From positions 4,224,001 through 4,288,000 of the forward strand of contig OY970296.1 of the NCBI GenBank assembly GCA_963716175.1: 64,000 bases of DNA, in the 5' to 3' direction. The notes under the pieces were generated by a model. It did not search any database and was not told where the DNA came from. It saw only the letters and a program-made list of their open reading frames with translations. This DNA is from an uncultured Armatimonadetes bacterium (GTDB lineage Bacteria > Armatimonadota > Hebobacteria > Hebobacterales > Hebobacteraceae). Below are positions 38,857 through 48,659 of this stretch, piece after piece (within the stretch, counting starts at the first letter, position 1; the number at the start of each line of letters is the position of its first letter). Both the position numbers and the translations under genes were made by a program.

Positions 38857-41666
38857 TGCCGAGCGACAAGGACTATCGCGACACGCTGAATCTGCCCCGG
38901 ACGGGTTTCCCTATGAAGGCCAATCTGGGGGAGCTGGAGCCGCGGATCCAGCGCTTCTGGGAGGAGATAGGTCTGTACCGGACCGTGCAGCGGGCGGCCC
39001 AAGGGAGGCCCAAGTACATCCTGCACGATGGACCGCCCTTCTCCAATGGGGACATTCACCTGGGTCAGGCGCTGAACAAGATCCTCAAAGACATCGTGGT
39101 CAAGTACAAGACGATGCGGGGATTCGACTGCCCCTTCGTGCCTGGCTGGGACAACCACGGCCTGCCCACCGAGATCGCGGCCATCCGCACCTTCTCCATT
39201 GACCGGCGTACGATTGACCCCATGGAGCTGCGAGCGCGGTCGGCGGAGACGGCGCGGCGCTATGTCGAGGTGCAGCGAGAGCAGTTTCGGCGGCTGGGGG
39301 TGCGCGGCGATTGGGAGCATCCCTACCTCACCATGGACAAGGCCTACGAGGCCGCGGTGCTGGGCGCTTTCCACCGGTTCGTGGAGAAGCAGTGCGTCTA
39401 CCGCGGGCTGAAGCCGGTGCACTGGTGCCCGGAGTGCGAGACCGCGCTGGCGGATGCGGAGCTGGAGTACAAGGAGGCAAAGTCGCTGTCGGTGTACCTG
39501 CGCTTCCCGGTGGTGTCGCTGCCCGCGGGCGCGATGCCGGGGCTGCCGAAGGTGGGACCGGTCTCCTTCGCGGTCTGGACCACCACGCCCTGGACGCTGC
39601 CGGCGGACGTGGCGGTGGCCCTGCATCCTGAGCTGGAGTATGTGCTGGTGCGGACCGGTGAGGAGTACCTGCTGCTGGCGCGGGGACGGCTGCAGCAGAC
39701 CATGCAGGACCTGGGAGTGGGGCCGCACGAGGTGGTGGGGTCGGCCCTGGGAGCGGCGCTGGAGGGCGGCAAGCTGAAGCACCCGTTCCTGGAGCGCGAG
39801 GTGCCGCTGGTGCTGGCCGACTACGTGACCCTGGAGCAGGGCACGGGAGCAGTGCACACCGCGCCGGGCCATGGCCGCGAGGACTTTCTGACCGGCCAGA
39901 AGTATGGGCTGCCCACCATCCAGCCCCTGGACGAGCGGGGAGTGTTCACCGAGGAGGGAGGGCAGTTCGCCGGGCTCTCCCACCGGGAGGCCGACCCGAA
40001 GATCGTGGAGGAGCTGAAGCGGCGCGGCACGCTGTTGAGGAGCGAACCGTACACGCACTCCTATCCGCATTGCTGGCGCTGCGAGACGCCGGTCATCTTC
40101 CGGGCGACGAAACAGTGGTTCGTGGATCTGAACCCGTTCACGGAAGAGGCGCTGGCGCTGGTGGACCGCACCACCTGGGTGCCGCCCTGGGGCCGGGAGC
40201 GAATCCGGGGCATGATCGTGGAGCGGCCGGATTGGTGCATCTCCCGCCAGCGGGCCTGGGGGATACCGATTCCGAGCCTCTACTGCTCGGACTGCGGGCA
40301 CGAGCTGCTGCGGCTGGAGGTGATCGCCCGCGCGCAGGCGCTGGTCGCCGAGCACGGCGCCGATGTCTGGTTCACCACGCCCATGGAGAACCTGGTTCCA
40401 CAAGGAACCGCCTGCCCGCAGTGCGGCGGGGGGCGATTCCGGAGGGAGCACGACATCTTCGACGTGTGGTTCGAGTCCGGCTCCAGCCACGCCGCGGTGC
40501 TGCTCACCAGGCCGGAGCTGCGGTGGCCGGCCGACCTCTATCTGGAGGGCCACGATCAGTACCGGGGGTGGTTCCAGCTCTCGCTCTGGAACAGCCTGAT
40601 CACGCGCGGCCGCGCCCCCTACGACACCGTCCTCACCACCGGCTTCGTGCTGGACGCCAGCGGGCGGAAGATGTCGAAGAGGCTGGGGAATGCGATTGAC
40701 CCCCAGGAGGTAGTGAAGGAGCTGGGCGCGGAGATCCTGCGCCTCTGGGTCTCCTACGTGGATTTCAAGGAGGACATGCCCACCGGCCATGACATCTTCG
40801 ACCAGGTGGTGGACGGGTACCGGCGGCTGAGGAATACCGTGCGGTTCATGCTGGCGAACCTCTACGATTTCAGCCCTGCCGCCGACGCGGTGGCCAAGGC
40901 CGAGATGCGAGAGGTGGACCGCTGGATCCTCCACCGGATGGCGGGTCTGGTCGCGCGGCTGACGCAGGCTTACGAGAGCTTCGAGTTCCACCAGGTGTAC
41001 TACCGGGTGCACGAATTCTGCGCGGTGGATTTGAGCCAGATCTACCTTGACCTGGTGAAAGACCGGCTGTATACTTACCGCTCCGTCAGCCCGGCCAGGC
41101 GGTCGGCGCAGACTGCGCTGTGGGTGTTGTCCACCGCTCTGGCGAAGGTGCTGGCGCCGATCTTGAGCCACACCGCGGAGGAGGCCTGGCAGCACCTACC
41201 AGAGTGGGAGGGTAAGGAGCAGAGCATCCAGCTCAGCGCCTGGCCCGACCCGGCAGAGTGGCAGGATGAGGAGTTGGGGGTGCGGTGGGAAGGCGAGATC
41301 GTGCCCTACTTCGAGCAGGCGGACCGGGCGGTGGAGGCGCTGCGGCAGCAAGGAGTGGTGCGGCAGCCGCTGGAGGCTGAGCTGGTCCTCTACTGCCCGG
41401 CCGAGCGTTGGCAGGCGCTGGTGCAGGCCCTGGGAGAGGACGATCTGGCAGCGGCCAGCGGGGTCTCTCTGGCGAGCTATGGGGGACCGGCCGAGCAGGC
41501 CCCGGCAGAGGCCTTCCGGGCCCAGGTGGAGTGGCCGCTGCGGATCGCGGGGCGCTCCTCGCCCTCTGGCAAGTGCCAGCGATGCTGGCGGCGCCAGACC
41601 TCGGTGGGCCGGGACACGGCGCATCCGCGATTGTGCGCCCGTTGTGTGGAATACTTGGCTGAGTAG
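38853..41666 (+). CDS. ileS: Isoleucyl-tRNA synthetase (type 1)
   Basis: LHDGPP, GWDNHGLP, WTTTPWTLP, GTGAVH, DWCISRQR, KMSKR and C-terminal Zn finger CQRCW..CARC. Confidence 0.97.
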   Translation: MMPSDKDYRDTLNLPRTGFPMKANLGELEPRIQRFWEEIGLYRTVQRAAQGRPKYILHDGPPFSNGDIHLGQALNKILKDIVVKYKTMRGFDCPFVPGWDNHGLPTEIAAIRTFSIDRRTIDPMELRARSAETARRYVEVQREQFRRLGVRGDWEHPYLTMDKAYEAAVLGAFHRFVEKQCVYRGLKPVHWCPECETALADAELEYKEAKSLSVYLRFPVVSLPAGAMPGLPKVGPVSFAVWTTTPWTLPADVAVALHPELEYVLVRTGEEYLLLARGRLQQTMQDLGVGPHEVVGSALGAALEGGKLKHPFLEREVPLVLADYVTLEQGTGAVHTAPGHGREDFLTGQKYGLPTIQPLDERGVFTEEGGQFAGLSHREADPKIVEELKRRGTLLRSEPYTHSYPHCWRCETPVIFRATKQWFVDLNPFTEEALALVDRTTWVPPWGRERIRGMIVERPDWCISRQRAWGIPIPSLYCSDCGHELLRLEVIARAQALVAEHGADVWFTTPMENLVPQGTACPQCGGGRFRREHDIFDVWFESGSSHAAVLLTRPELRWPADLYLEGHDQYRGWFQLSLWNSLITRGRAPYDTVLTTGFVLDASGRKMSKRLGNAIDPQEVVKELGAEILRLWVSYVDFKEDMPTGHDIFDQVVDGYRRLRNTVRFMLANLYDFSPAADAVAKAEMREVDRWILHRMAGLVARLTQAYESFEFHQVYYRVHEFCAVDLSQIYLDLVKDRLYTYRSVSPARRSAQTALWVLSTALAKVLAPILSHTAEEAWQHLPEWEGKEQSIQLSAWPDPAEWQDEELGVRWEGEIVPYFEQADRAVEALRQQGVVRQPLEAELVLYCPAERWQALVQALGEDDLAAASGVSLASYGGPAEQAPAEAFRAQVEWPLRIAGRSSPSGKCQRCWRRQTSVGRDTAHPRLCARCVEYLAE

Positions 41667-41765
41667 GGCAGTTTGGTTTCCCGGTGGCGCGGCCACGGTA
41701 GACTAATGCGTGCCGGTGGCAAGGTAATACGGGTCGTGATTTGAGATAGAAGGAAGGCGTATCCG

Positions 41766-42230
41766 ATGGCCGTTAAGGCTGCGACGAAAAGCAAGGCAAA
41801 GAAAGTGGTGGCTAAGCCCGAGAGCAAGCGGGCGGCGCCAGCGAAGAAGGTTCAGAGGAAAACGGCCCTCAAGGACGTGGAGAGATTCCGCACTCGCCTG
41901 CTGCTGGAGCAGCAGCGACTGGAATCCGAGCTGCAGGAGATCGAGAATCGGACCGCCCGGGTCTCGGAATCGGACCGGGCGAACGAGCTTTCCGCCTATG
42001 AGGACCATCCGGCGGACCTGGCCTCGGAGACCTTCGAGCGGGAGAAGGACCTGGCCATCGGCGAGAGCGTGGAGAGCCTGCTGAACCAGGTGCTGATCGC
42101 GCTGGAGAAGGTTGACCGCGGGACCTATGGCATCTGCGATGCCTGCGGGCGTCCTATCAGGAAGGCGCGCCTGAATGCCTTGCCGTTCGCGACTCTCTGC
42201 CTCGAGTGTCAGGACCGGATAGAGCGCTAG
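41766..42230 (+). CDS. TraR/DksA C4 zinc-finger protein (YteA-like)
   Basis: DHPAD...E, GTYGICDACG..I..RL..P....CLEC. Confidence 0.92.
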   Translation: MAVKAATKSKAKKVVAKPESKRAAPAKKVQRKTALKDVERFRTRLLLEQQRLESELQEIENRTARVSESDRANELSAYEDHPADLASETFEREKDLAIGESVESLLNQVLIALEKVDRGTYGICDACGRPIRKARLNALPFATLCLECQDRIER

Positions 42231-42232
42231 CG

Positions 42233-42697
42233 ATGGGGGCGTCCGCCGCCGCCCGGCGCCCTGTCGCGGTGTTTCTGCTGCTCGCAGCCGTTACCTTCGC
42301 TCTCGACCAGTTCACCAAGGCGCTGGCGGCGCGCTCACTTACCCCCATGGTGTTCCGGCCTGTGCTGGGGAGCTGGGTGGGCCTGACGCTGATCCACAAC
42401 CCCCGGTGGTTCTTCGGGCTGGTGCCCTGGAGCTGGCTGGTGGTGATAGCGGTAGTGGCCTGTGCGGCGACACTGTGGTACCTCACTCTGGGTCAGGGGT
42501 TGAGCCGGCATCCGGGTGAGCGCTTGCCGCTGGCCCTGATCCTCGGTGGGGCGCTGGGGAACCTCGCGGACCGGGTGCGGACCGGTGGAGTCGTTGACTT
42601 CATTGACTTCCGCATCTGGCCTGCGTTCAACGCGGCCGACATCGCCCTCACGACCGGCGTAGCACTGCTGGCGGTGAGGCTGCTGAAAAACCGCTAG
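42233..42697 (+). CDS. lspA: Lipoprotein signal peptidase II
   Basis: DQFTK, GGALGNLADR, VVDFI and FNAAD. Confidence 0.94.
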   Translation: MGASAAARRPVAVFLLLAAVTFALDQFTKALAARSLTPMVFRPVLGSWVGLTLIHNPRWFFGLVPWSWLVVIAVVACAATLWYLTLGQGLSRHPGERLPLALILGGALGNLADRVRTGGVVDFIDFRIWPAFNAADIALTTGVALLAVRLLKNR

Positions 42698-42712
42698 GCC
42701 GGGGTCAGACGA

Positions 42713-43495
42713 ATGCTGCCTACGCTCTTTCACATCGGGCCGGTGGCCGTTCGCAGCTACGGCACGCTGCTGATGCTGGGCTTCATCGCCGGCATTCTGC
42801 TGGCCGGGCGGGAGGCGAAACGGCTGGGCCTGAGCAGCGAGCTGGCGGTTGATCTTGGCCTCTGGGCGCTGCTGCTCGGGATCGTGGGGGCGCGGGGCAT
42901 GTTCGTCGCGCTCAACTGGGCGCAGTTCTCGGCGCGCCCGGCGGAGGCGCTCTACGTCTGGCAGGTGGGAGGGCTCTCTTTCCACGGCGGGCTGTTGGGT
43001 GGCGTAGTGGCAGCGCTGCTGGTGGCCTGGCGCCACCGGGTCGGGTTCTGGTCGCTGGGGGACATGGCGGCTCCGGGCCTGGCCTTAGGCTATGGGATCA
43101 CGCGCTTCGGCTGCTTCCTGAACGGCTGCTGCCATGGCGGCCCCACCTCGCTGCCCTGGGGCGTTCGGTTCCCGCTGTTCCCGGATTCCAGCATCACCAC
43201 TGAACCCAGCCACCCCACCCAGGTCTATGCCGCGCTGGGGAGCTTCCTGATTCTCTTCCTGCTGCTGCGCGTGCGGTCGCGCCTGCCCGCCCGCGGCCAG
43301 GCCTTCCTGCTCTATCTCCTGCTCTACTCCGTGTTGCGGGCCAGCATCGAGGTGCTGCGCAAAGGGTACACCGCCCAGGTGCTGGTGGACGGAGTGACCC
43401 AGGCCCAGGCGGCGAGCGCGGTCATCTTCGTGGCCGCGGCGGTGGGCCTGATCTGGTTGGGCCGCCGGAGCAGGAAGCAGCCACAGGCGGACTGA
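42713..43495 (+). CDS. lgt: Prolipoprotein diacylglyceryl transferase
   Basis: SYG, GAR, GGLSFHGG, RFGCFLNGCC and HPTQVY. Confidence 0.94.
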   Translation: MLPTLFHIGPVAVRSYGTLLMLGFIAGILLAGREAKRLGLSSELAVDLGLWALLLGIVGARGMFVALNWAQFSARPAEALYVWQVGGLSFHGGLLGGVVAALLVAWRHRVGFWSLGDMAAPGLALGYGITRFGCFLNGCCHGGPTSLPWGVRFPLFPDSSITTEPSHPTQVYAALGSFLILFLLLRVRSRLPARGQAFLLYLLLYSVLRASIEVLRKGYTAQVLVDGVTQAQAASAVIFVAAAVGLIWLGRRSRKQPQAD

Positions 43496-43506
43496 AACCC
43501 GGCCCC

Positions 43507-44526
43507 ATGGCGGACGCGCCGGTCATCACACTGGAGGTGCGCAGGGAGGAGGCCGGGATGAGGCTGGATTCCCTGGTGGCAGCGCGCGGCCTGGGCCTCA
43601 GCCGATCTCAGATCGAGAAGCTGAGCAAGTCCGGGGGGGTCTGGGTGGCGGACCGGCAGGCCCGGGCCGGACGCCGCATGGAGGCCGGAGAGCGGGTGGA
43701 GTTGAGGCTGCCCGCGCCCGCAACTGAGAGCTTGACACCGCAGCCCGTTTCGCTGGAGATCGTCTTCGAGGACGATCACCTGCTGGTGATCGTCAAGCCC
43801 CAGGGCATGGTCGTCCACCCAGGGGCGGGCCGGGAGCGAGAGACTCTGGCGCATGCGCTGTTGGCCCGGCTCCCGGGATTGGCGGTGGGACCGGCGCACC
43901 GGCCCGGGATCGTGCACCGGCTGGACCGCGATACCTCTGGGCTGATGGTGGTGGCGAAGACCGAGGCCGCCTACCTGGACCTGTCGCGGCAGGTGCGGGA
44001 GCGAGAGCTGGAGCGGCGCTACGTGGCGCTGGCCTGGGGTAGGATAGCCGAGGACCGCGTGATGATAGCGGTGCCGATCGGCAGGCATCTGCGCGATCCG
44101 AGGCGAATGGCTGCCGTGCCGCGGGCCGGGGCTGGGCGAAAGCTGCGGCCTGCGACCACAGAGGTGCGCGTGCTGGAGAGGTTGGGCGCGATGACCCTGG
44201 TGGAGGCGCGGATCGCCACCGGGCGCACCCACCAGATTCGGGTGCATCTGGCGCACCTGGGGCACCCGGTGGTGGGCGATCGGGCTTACGGCCTGCGCAG
44301 GGCGCGGCAGGAGAAGGCCGGCCTAGATGCAGAAACCCTGGCCCAGGTGGAGGGGCTCAAGGGGCAAGCGCTGCATGCGCAGACGCTTTCCTTTCGCCAT
44401 CCGGCGACCGGGCAGAGGTTGAGTTTCTCCACGCCGCTGCCGCGGGCGATGTCGGAGCTGATCGCGCGGCTGCAAAGACGGGCAGACGCAGGAGGGCGAG
44501 GAGGTGTGGGGGGAGCGGTGCCGTAA
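43507..44526 (+). CDS. rluD: RluA-family pseudouridine synthase (RluD-like, with S4 domain)
   Basis: RLD..SRS, KPQGMVVHP, HRLDRDTSG, TGRTHQIRVH and LHA. Confidence 0.92.
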   Translation: MADAPVITLEVRREEAGMRLDSLVAARGLGLSRSQIEKLSKSGGVWVADRQARAGRRMEAGERVELRLPAPATESLTPQPVSLEIVFEDDHLLVIVKPQGMVVHPGAGRERETLAHALLARLPGLAVGPAHRPGIVHRLDRDTSGLMVVAKTEAAYLDLSRQVRERELERRYVALAWGRIAEDRVMIAVPIGRHLRDPRRMAAVPRAGAGRKLRPATTEVRVLERLGAMTLVEARIATGRTHQIRVHLAHLGHPVVGDRAYGLRRARQEKAGLDAETLAQVEGLKGQALHAQTLSFRHPATGQRLSFSTPLPRAMSELIARLQRRADAGGRGGVGGAVP

Positions 44527-44634
44527 CATGGTGTCAGCATCGCAAGGGCGCGACGGCATGGAGCGAGAGCCGGCGCGAGCTGAGAGCAGAGGGCGGCGAC
44601 GCGGGGCGCGCCCAAGAACCTAGGAGGCAAAGCC

Positions 44635-45033
44635 GTGTATCCTGGCGACCTGTATTACAGCGAGAGCCATCAGTGGGCCCGCATCGAAGACGGGACGGCC
44701 ACGGTTGGCATCACCCATTATGCACAGGAGCAGCTCGGAGATATCGTGTATGTGGAGCTGCCCCGCCCAGACGAGGAGACGAGACGCGGCGAGCCCCTGG
44801 GCAGCGTAGAGTCAGTGAAAGCGGTCGCCGACGTCAACTCCCCGGTGAGCGGCCGGGTGATCGAGGTCAACACCGCGCTGGATGACGAACCGGAGCAGAT
44901 CAACCAAGACTGCTATGGGGCCGGCTGGCTGGCGAAGATTGACCTGTCCGACCCGGCCGAGGTGAGGTCGCTGCTGGGCGCCCAGCAGTATGTGCAGTTC
45001 GTGCAGCAGTTGAGCGAGAAGAAGGGCGGCTAG
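44635..45033 (+). CDS. gcvH: Glycine cleavage system H protein
   Basis: HQW, GIT.YAQEQLGDIVYVELP, ESVKA (lipoyl Lys) and YGAGW. Confidence 0.95.
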   Translation: MYPGDLYYSESHQWARIEDGTATVGITHYAQEQLGDIVYVELPRPDEETRRGEPLGSVESVKAVADVNSPVSGRVIEVNTALDDEPEQINQDCYGAGWLAKIDLSDPAEVRSLLGAQQYVQFVQQLSEKKGG

Positions 45034-45075
45034 TCGGGCCGGCCTGAGGAACAGGCTTCGCCCGTGCGTCGCGAA

Positions 45076-45235
45076 AGGGCGGACAAGCGCGCCCCCGCCT
45101 GTCCGCCCACCACCACCCGTAACGAGACTCTTGCATCATGCTGACAGCCGTGATGCAAGAGTCTCTGCGAGGGGGGTTAGCGCGCTGCTGCTCGAGAGTC
45201 CTGCATCACAGGCGCTGCTGCAAGGCAGGACTCTC
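45076..45235. repeat. Palindrome cluster between the convergent gcvH and hsp20 genes
   Basis: GGGCGGACA/TGTCCGCCC; perfect 15-bp IR GAGACTCTTGCATCA/TGATGCAAGAGTCTC (45124-45165); GAGAGTCCTGC/GCAGGACTCTC (45194-45235). Confidence 0.75.
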
Positions 45236-45243
45236 CGTGGTCG

Positions 45244-45699
45244 TTATTCGATTTTCACTTTCCTCGGAGTCGCGGCCCTGGCCCGCTCGCTCTTGGGGAG
45301 ATGGATCTCCAGGATGCCATCCCGGTAGTTCGCCTTGGCCTGCTCGCTGATGACCTCGACCGGAAGCGGGATGGAGCGCTCGAACCGGCCCCAGAACCGC
45401 TCCCGGTAGTGATGGGTCTGCTCGTCCTCTTCCCGCTCGTGAGAGATCTCGCCGGAAAGGTTGATCGAATCCGGCATCACCTCGACCTGGATTTTGTCCT
45501 TGTCCACACCAGGCAGCTCTGCCTTCAGGATCAGCTCCTGCTCGGTCTCCACCAAGTCCATGGAAGGAACCCGGATCCCCTCTTCACCACGCTCCCAACG
45601 GACGAGCGGCTGGCCGAAGAGCTCACTGAACAGATGATCCATGTCCCTCTGCATGCGAGCTAGCCCACGAAATGGGTCCCATCGCATCAGGCTCGACAT
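45244..45699 (-). CDS. Hsp20/alpha-crystallin small heat-shock protein
   Basis: RWDPF, AELPG, ER.WG.FERSI.LP and A.Y.DGILEI.LPK. Confidence 0.95.
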   Translation of the reverse strand: MSSLMRWDPFRGLARMQRDMDHLFSELFGQPLVRWERGEEGIRVPSMDLVETEQELILKAELPGVDKDKIQVEVMPDSINLSGEISHEREEDEQTHHYRERFWGRFERSIPLPVEVISEQAKANYRDGILEIHLPKSERARAATPRKVKIE

Positions 45700-45863
45700 A
45701 TCAAACCCCTCCTTTCCAACTCCATTTCCTTTGTTACCCAGTTAGGCGAAGCGACTAGCGGTCCATTGTGCGCTGGAACTACAAGCAATGGGCGGTGGCG
45801 GCGCATCGGCAGAACTCCCCGCAGGGCGCAGGAAGAGGCCCCAGGGCGAGCGAAGGAGGCGGC

Positions 45864-47012
45864 ATGACCGGCCGAGACGAGGGCACCTGTTGGGGGGGTG
45901 ACACCACCACGCTGGCGGTGACAACCCCGGCCGGCCTGGAAGGAGAAGCGCGGCAGGAGCTGCGCCGCGCGCTGCGGGGCGCGCGCTTCCGCAGTCTCTT
46001 CTTCAAGGGCAATCTGCTGCTGTCCGCCGATCTGCCAGAGGCCGAGGCTGTCGCCAGCATCGCGGAAGCGCAGACCCATTGTGTCGCGAGCGTGACACCG
46101 GTGCAGCGCCGGGCCGCGATCTCGTCCCACCCCGACTCGGCTTCGGCAGTGGCGGAGGCGGCGGCCGGGATCGGCCGCATCTCGCCCGGCGAGACCTTCA
46201 TCGTGCGCTGCCGCAGGAGGGGAAAGCACGACTGGAGCAGCCGGGAGCTGGAGAGCGCAGTGGCGGCGCGGCTGGCGGCGGTCACGGGCGGGATCGGGGA
46301 GTACGAAGCGGCGACGGACTGGCAGGTCACCATTCAGGTCTACCAGGATATAGCTTATGTGGGTGTGAATCGTCCGGCCTGTCTGCTCACCAGGACGCCC
46401 TTGAAGCAGCGCAAGTACCGGCCGGGCGAGCGACCGCTGAACCGGGCGCAGTGGAAGCTGCGAGAGGCGCTGGCGACGTTCGGGATCGAGCTTCCTCCGG
46501 GAGGGAGAGCGCTGGACCTGGGATCAGCGCCGGGGGGATGGGCGGCCGTGTTGGCGGCGGTAGCTGAGGAGGTGGTGGCGGTGGACCCGGCGGCACTCGA
46601 TCCGGAGGTGGCGAAGCTGCCGAACCTGCGCCATCTGCGCTGCCGGGCGGAGGCATTGGCGGACCGCCAGGAGATGCGGGGTCAGTTCGACCTGATGACC
46701 TCGGACGTGAATCGCGAGCCGGCCGAGTCGGCCGGGATCATGTGCGCATTGGCGCCCCTGCTGAAGCCGGGCGCGCCCGCCATCATGACGGTGAAGTACA
46801 CGACGAGACATCGCCAGCAGCACGAGCGGGAGGCGCGGGAGGTGCTGTCGGCCGAGTACGAGGAGATCCGGCTGCGGCGGCTGCCTCACAACGCGCGGGA
46901 GACTACGGCGGTGATGCGGCGGAAGAGGGGCGAAGGTGGGGGCGCCGAAGTACTGGCGCAAGATCGCCGCGGTGAAGGCAGTGGGATGAGTGAGGGCGAG
47001 AGGAGGAAGTGA
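45864..47012 (+). CDS. THUMP + FtsJ-like RNA 2'-O-methyltransferase (RlmM-like)
   Basis: THUMP TF.VRCRRRGKH; RAQWKL, LDLGSAPGGW, VDP, SDVN, TVK and HNARE (K-D-K-E tetrad). Confidence 0.8.
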   Translation: MTGRDEGTCWGGDTTTLAVTTPAGLEGEARQELRRALRGARFRSLFFKGNLLLSADLPEAEAVASIAEAQTHCVASVTPVQRRAAISSHPDSASAVAEAAAGIGRISPGETFIVRCRRRGKHDWSSRELESAVAARLAAVTGGIGEYEAATDWQVTIQVYQDIAYVGVNRPACLLTRTPLKQRKYRPGERPLNRAQWKLREALATFGIELPPGGRALDLGSAPGGWAAVLAAVAEEVVAVDPAALDPEVAKLPNLRHLRCRAEALADRQEMRGQFDLMTSDVNREPAESAGIMCALAPLLKPGAPAIMTVKYTTRHRQQHEREAREVLSAEYEEIRLRRLPHNARETTAVMRRKRGEGGGAEVLAQDRRGEGSGMSEGERRK

Positions 47013-48052
47013 TGCCGAAGAAAGTGCGCGTAGGAGTGATCGGCGCAGGAGCGATTGGTCCCGCCCATCTCAAGGGCTACCAGCAAGTGAAATCCGCGGA
47101 GGTGGCCGCGGTGTGCGATGTGGACGCGGGTCGGGCGCGAGCCGCGGCGGAGCAGTTTGGGGCCAAGCACGTGTTCACGGATTACCGGAAGCTGCTGGCC
47201 GGCGACGTGGTGGATGCGGTCTCGGTGTGCACGCCCAACAACACTCATCTGCCGATCACCATCGCGGCCTTGAAGGCGGGCAAGCACGTGCTGTGCGAGA
47301 AGCCGATCGCGATGAACGCGCGGGAGGCGCGGCGGATGGTGGAGGCGGCCAAGCAGGCGCGCCTGGTGCTGATGACGGCCCAGTCCATGCGCTACAGCGG
47401 GAACGCGCGCTTCCTGAAGCAGATGGCGGAGAGCGGCCGCTTCGGGGACATCTACTACGCCAAGGGCATCATGTTCCGGCGCACCGGCATCCCGCGGGGT
47501 TGGTTTCAGGATAAGAAGCAGTCAGGCGGCGGTCCCGTGGTAGACCTGGGGGTGCACCTGCTGGACCTGATGTGGTGGATCATGGGGATGCCCAAACCGG
47601 CGTCGGCCTTTGCCGCCACTTATGATCACCTGGGGCGGGCCGGCCAGGGGATGGGAGGCTGGGGCGTGAACTACCGGCCCGGCAAGTTCAGCGTGGAAGA
47701 CCTGGGAGTGGCGCTGGTGCGGTTCGCAGACGGCCGCGGGGCCGGGGTGGAGGTCTCCTGGGCCTCGCACACGGCCGACATGTTCCTGCTGCGCTTCCTG
47801 GGCACCAAGGGGGGCGCCCAGCTCTTCCCAGAGCTGGTGCTCTACGAGATGGAGGACGGGACCAGGCTGGACGTGACCCCGCGCCCGGCTGCGGCGGAGG
47901 GATATGCCGGAGAGACCGAGCACTTCATCTCCTGCCTGCAGAGCGGGCGAGCGCCGATTTCCCCTGGCTCGCAATCGGTGGTGGTGATGGATATGCTGGA
48001 TGCTATCTACAAATCAGCCCAGACGGGGAAGGCGGTGAGGGTCGGCGCCTGA
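47009..48052 (+). CDS. Gfo/Idh/MocA family oxidoreductase
   Basis: GVIGAGAIG, GKHVLCEKP, GGGPVVDLGVH and VED. Confidence 0.93.
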   Translation: MMPKKVRVGVIGAGAIGPAHLKGYQQVKSAEVAAVCDVDAGRARAAAEQFGAKHVFTDYRKLLAGDVVDAVSVCTPNNTHLPITIAALKAGKHVLCEKPIAMNAREARRMVEAAKQARLVLMTAQSMRYSGNARFLKQMAESGRFGDIYYAKGIMFRRTGIPRGWFQDKKQSGGGPVVDLGVHLLDLMWWIMGMPKPASAFAATYDHLGRAGQGMGGWGVNYRPGKFSVEDLGVALVRFADGRGAGVEVSWASHTADMFLLRFLGTKGGAQLFPELVLYEMEDGTRLDVTPRPAAAEGYAGETEHFISCLQSGRAPISPGSQSVVVMDMLDAIYKSAQTGKAVRVGA

Positions 48053-48064
48053 CGCGACGCCAGT

Positions 48065-48094
48065 TTGACGAGCGGGGCCGGTCGGGACTATGAT
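48065..48094 (+). promoter_or_regulatory. Promoter of HIT-cdaA-cdaR
   Basis: TTGACG-18 bp-TATGAT. Confidence 0.55.
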
Positions 48095-48124
48095 GGTCAG
48101 TGAGGCGGAGAGGAGGGAAGTGGG

Positions 48125-48631
48125 GTGCAACACCTGTGGGCGCCGTGGCGGATGAGCTACGTCAGCGGCGAACAACCAGAGGGCTGCATTTTCTGCACCA
48201 AGCCGGCGGCCGGGGATGATGAGGGGAGCCAGATCCTACACCGGGGGGACGTGGTGTTCATCATGCTGAACGCCTTTCCCTACAACTCCGGGCACATGTT
48301 GATCGCGCCCTTCCGGCACCTGGCCGATCCCCTGGAGATGACGCCGCAGGAGTCAAGCGAGCTGCTCTACGGGATCCGCCTGGCGATGACAGCGCTCCGG
48401 GAAGTGCTGCGGCCGGAGGGGTTCAACATCGGCGCCAACATCGGGCGGGTGGCCGGGGCGGGCTATGCAGGCCACGTCCATGTCCATGTGGTGCCGCGGT
48501 GGACGGGGGACACCAACTTCATGGCGGTGGCGGCCAACACCCGGGTGGTGCCGGAGGCGCTGGCCGACAGCTATCGGCGACTGAGGAGGGCGCTGCTCGC
48601 CCAGGAGAGGGCCGACTCGGCCGGCGACTAG
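48125..48631 (+). CDS. HIT-family protein (Ap4A phosphorylase/hydrolase-like)
   Basis: LWAPWR, CIFC, N.FPYNSGH, GFNIG.N.G..AGAG and HVHVHVVPRW.GD.NF. Confidence 0.92.
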   Translation: MQHLWAPWRMSYVSGEQPEGCIFCTKPAAGDDEGSQILHRGDVVFIMLNAFPYNSGHMLIAPFRHLADPLEMTPQESSELLYGIRLAMTALREVLRPEGFNIGANIGRVAGAGYAGHVHVHVVPRWTGDTNFMAVAANTRVVPEALADSYRRLRRALLAQERADSAGD

Positions 48632-48659
48632 CAGGCGGCCGGGGACCGGGGGGAGGGAA

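Noticed and set aside
38835-41195. 786-aa minus-strand ORF
   Set aside because: Shadow of ileS.
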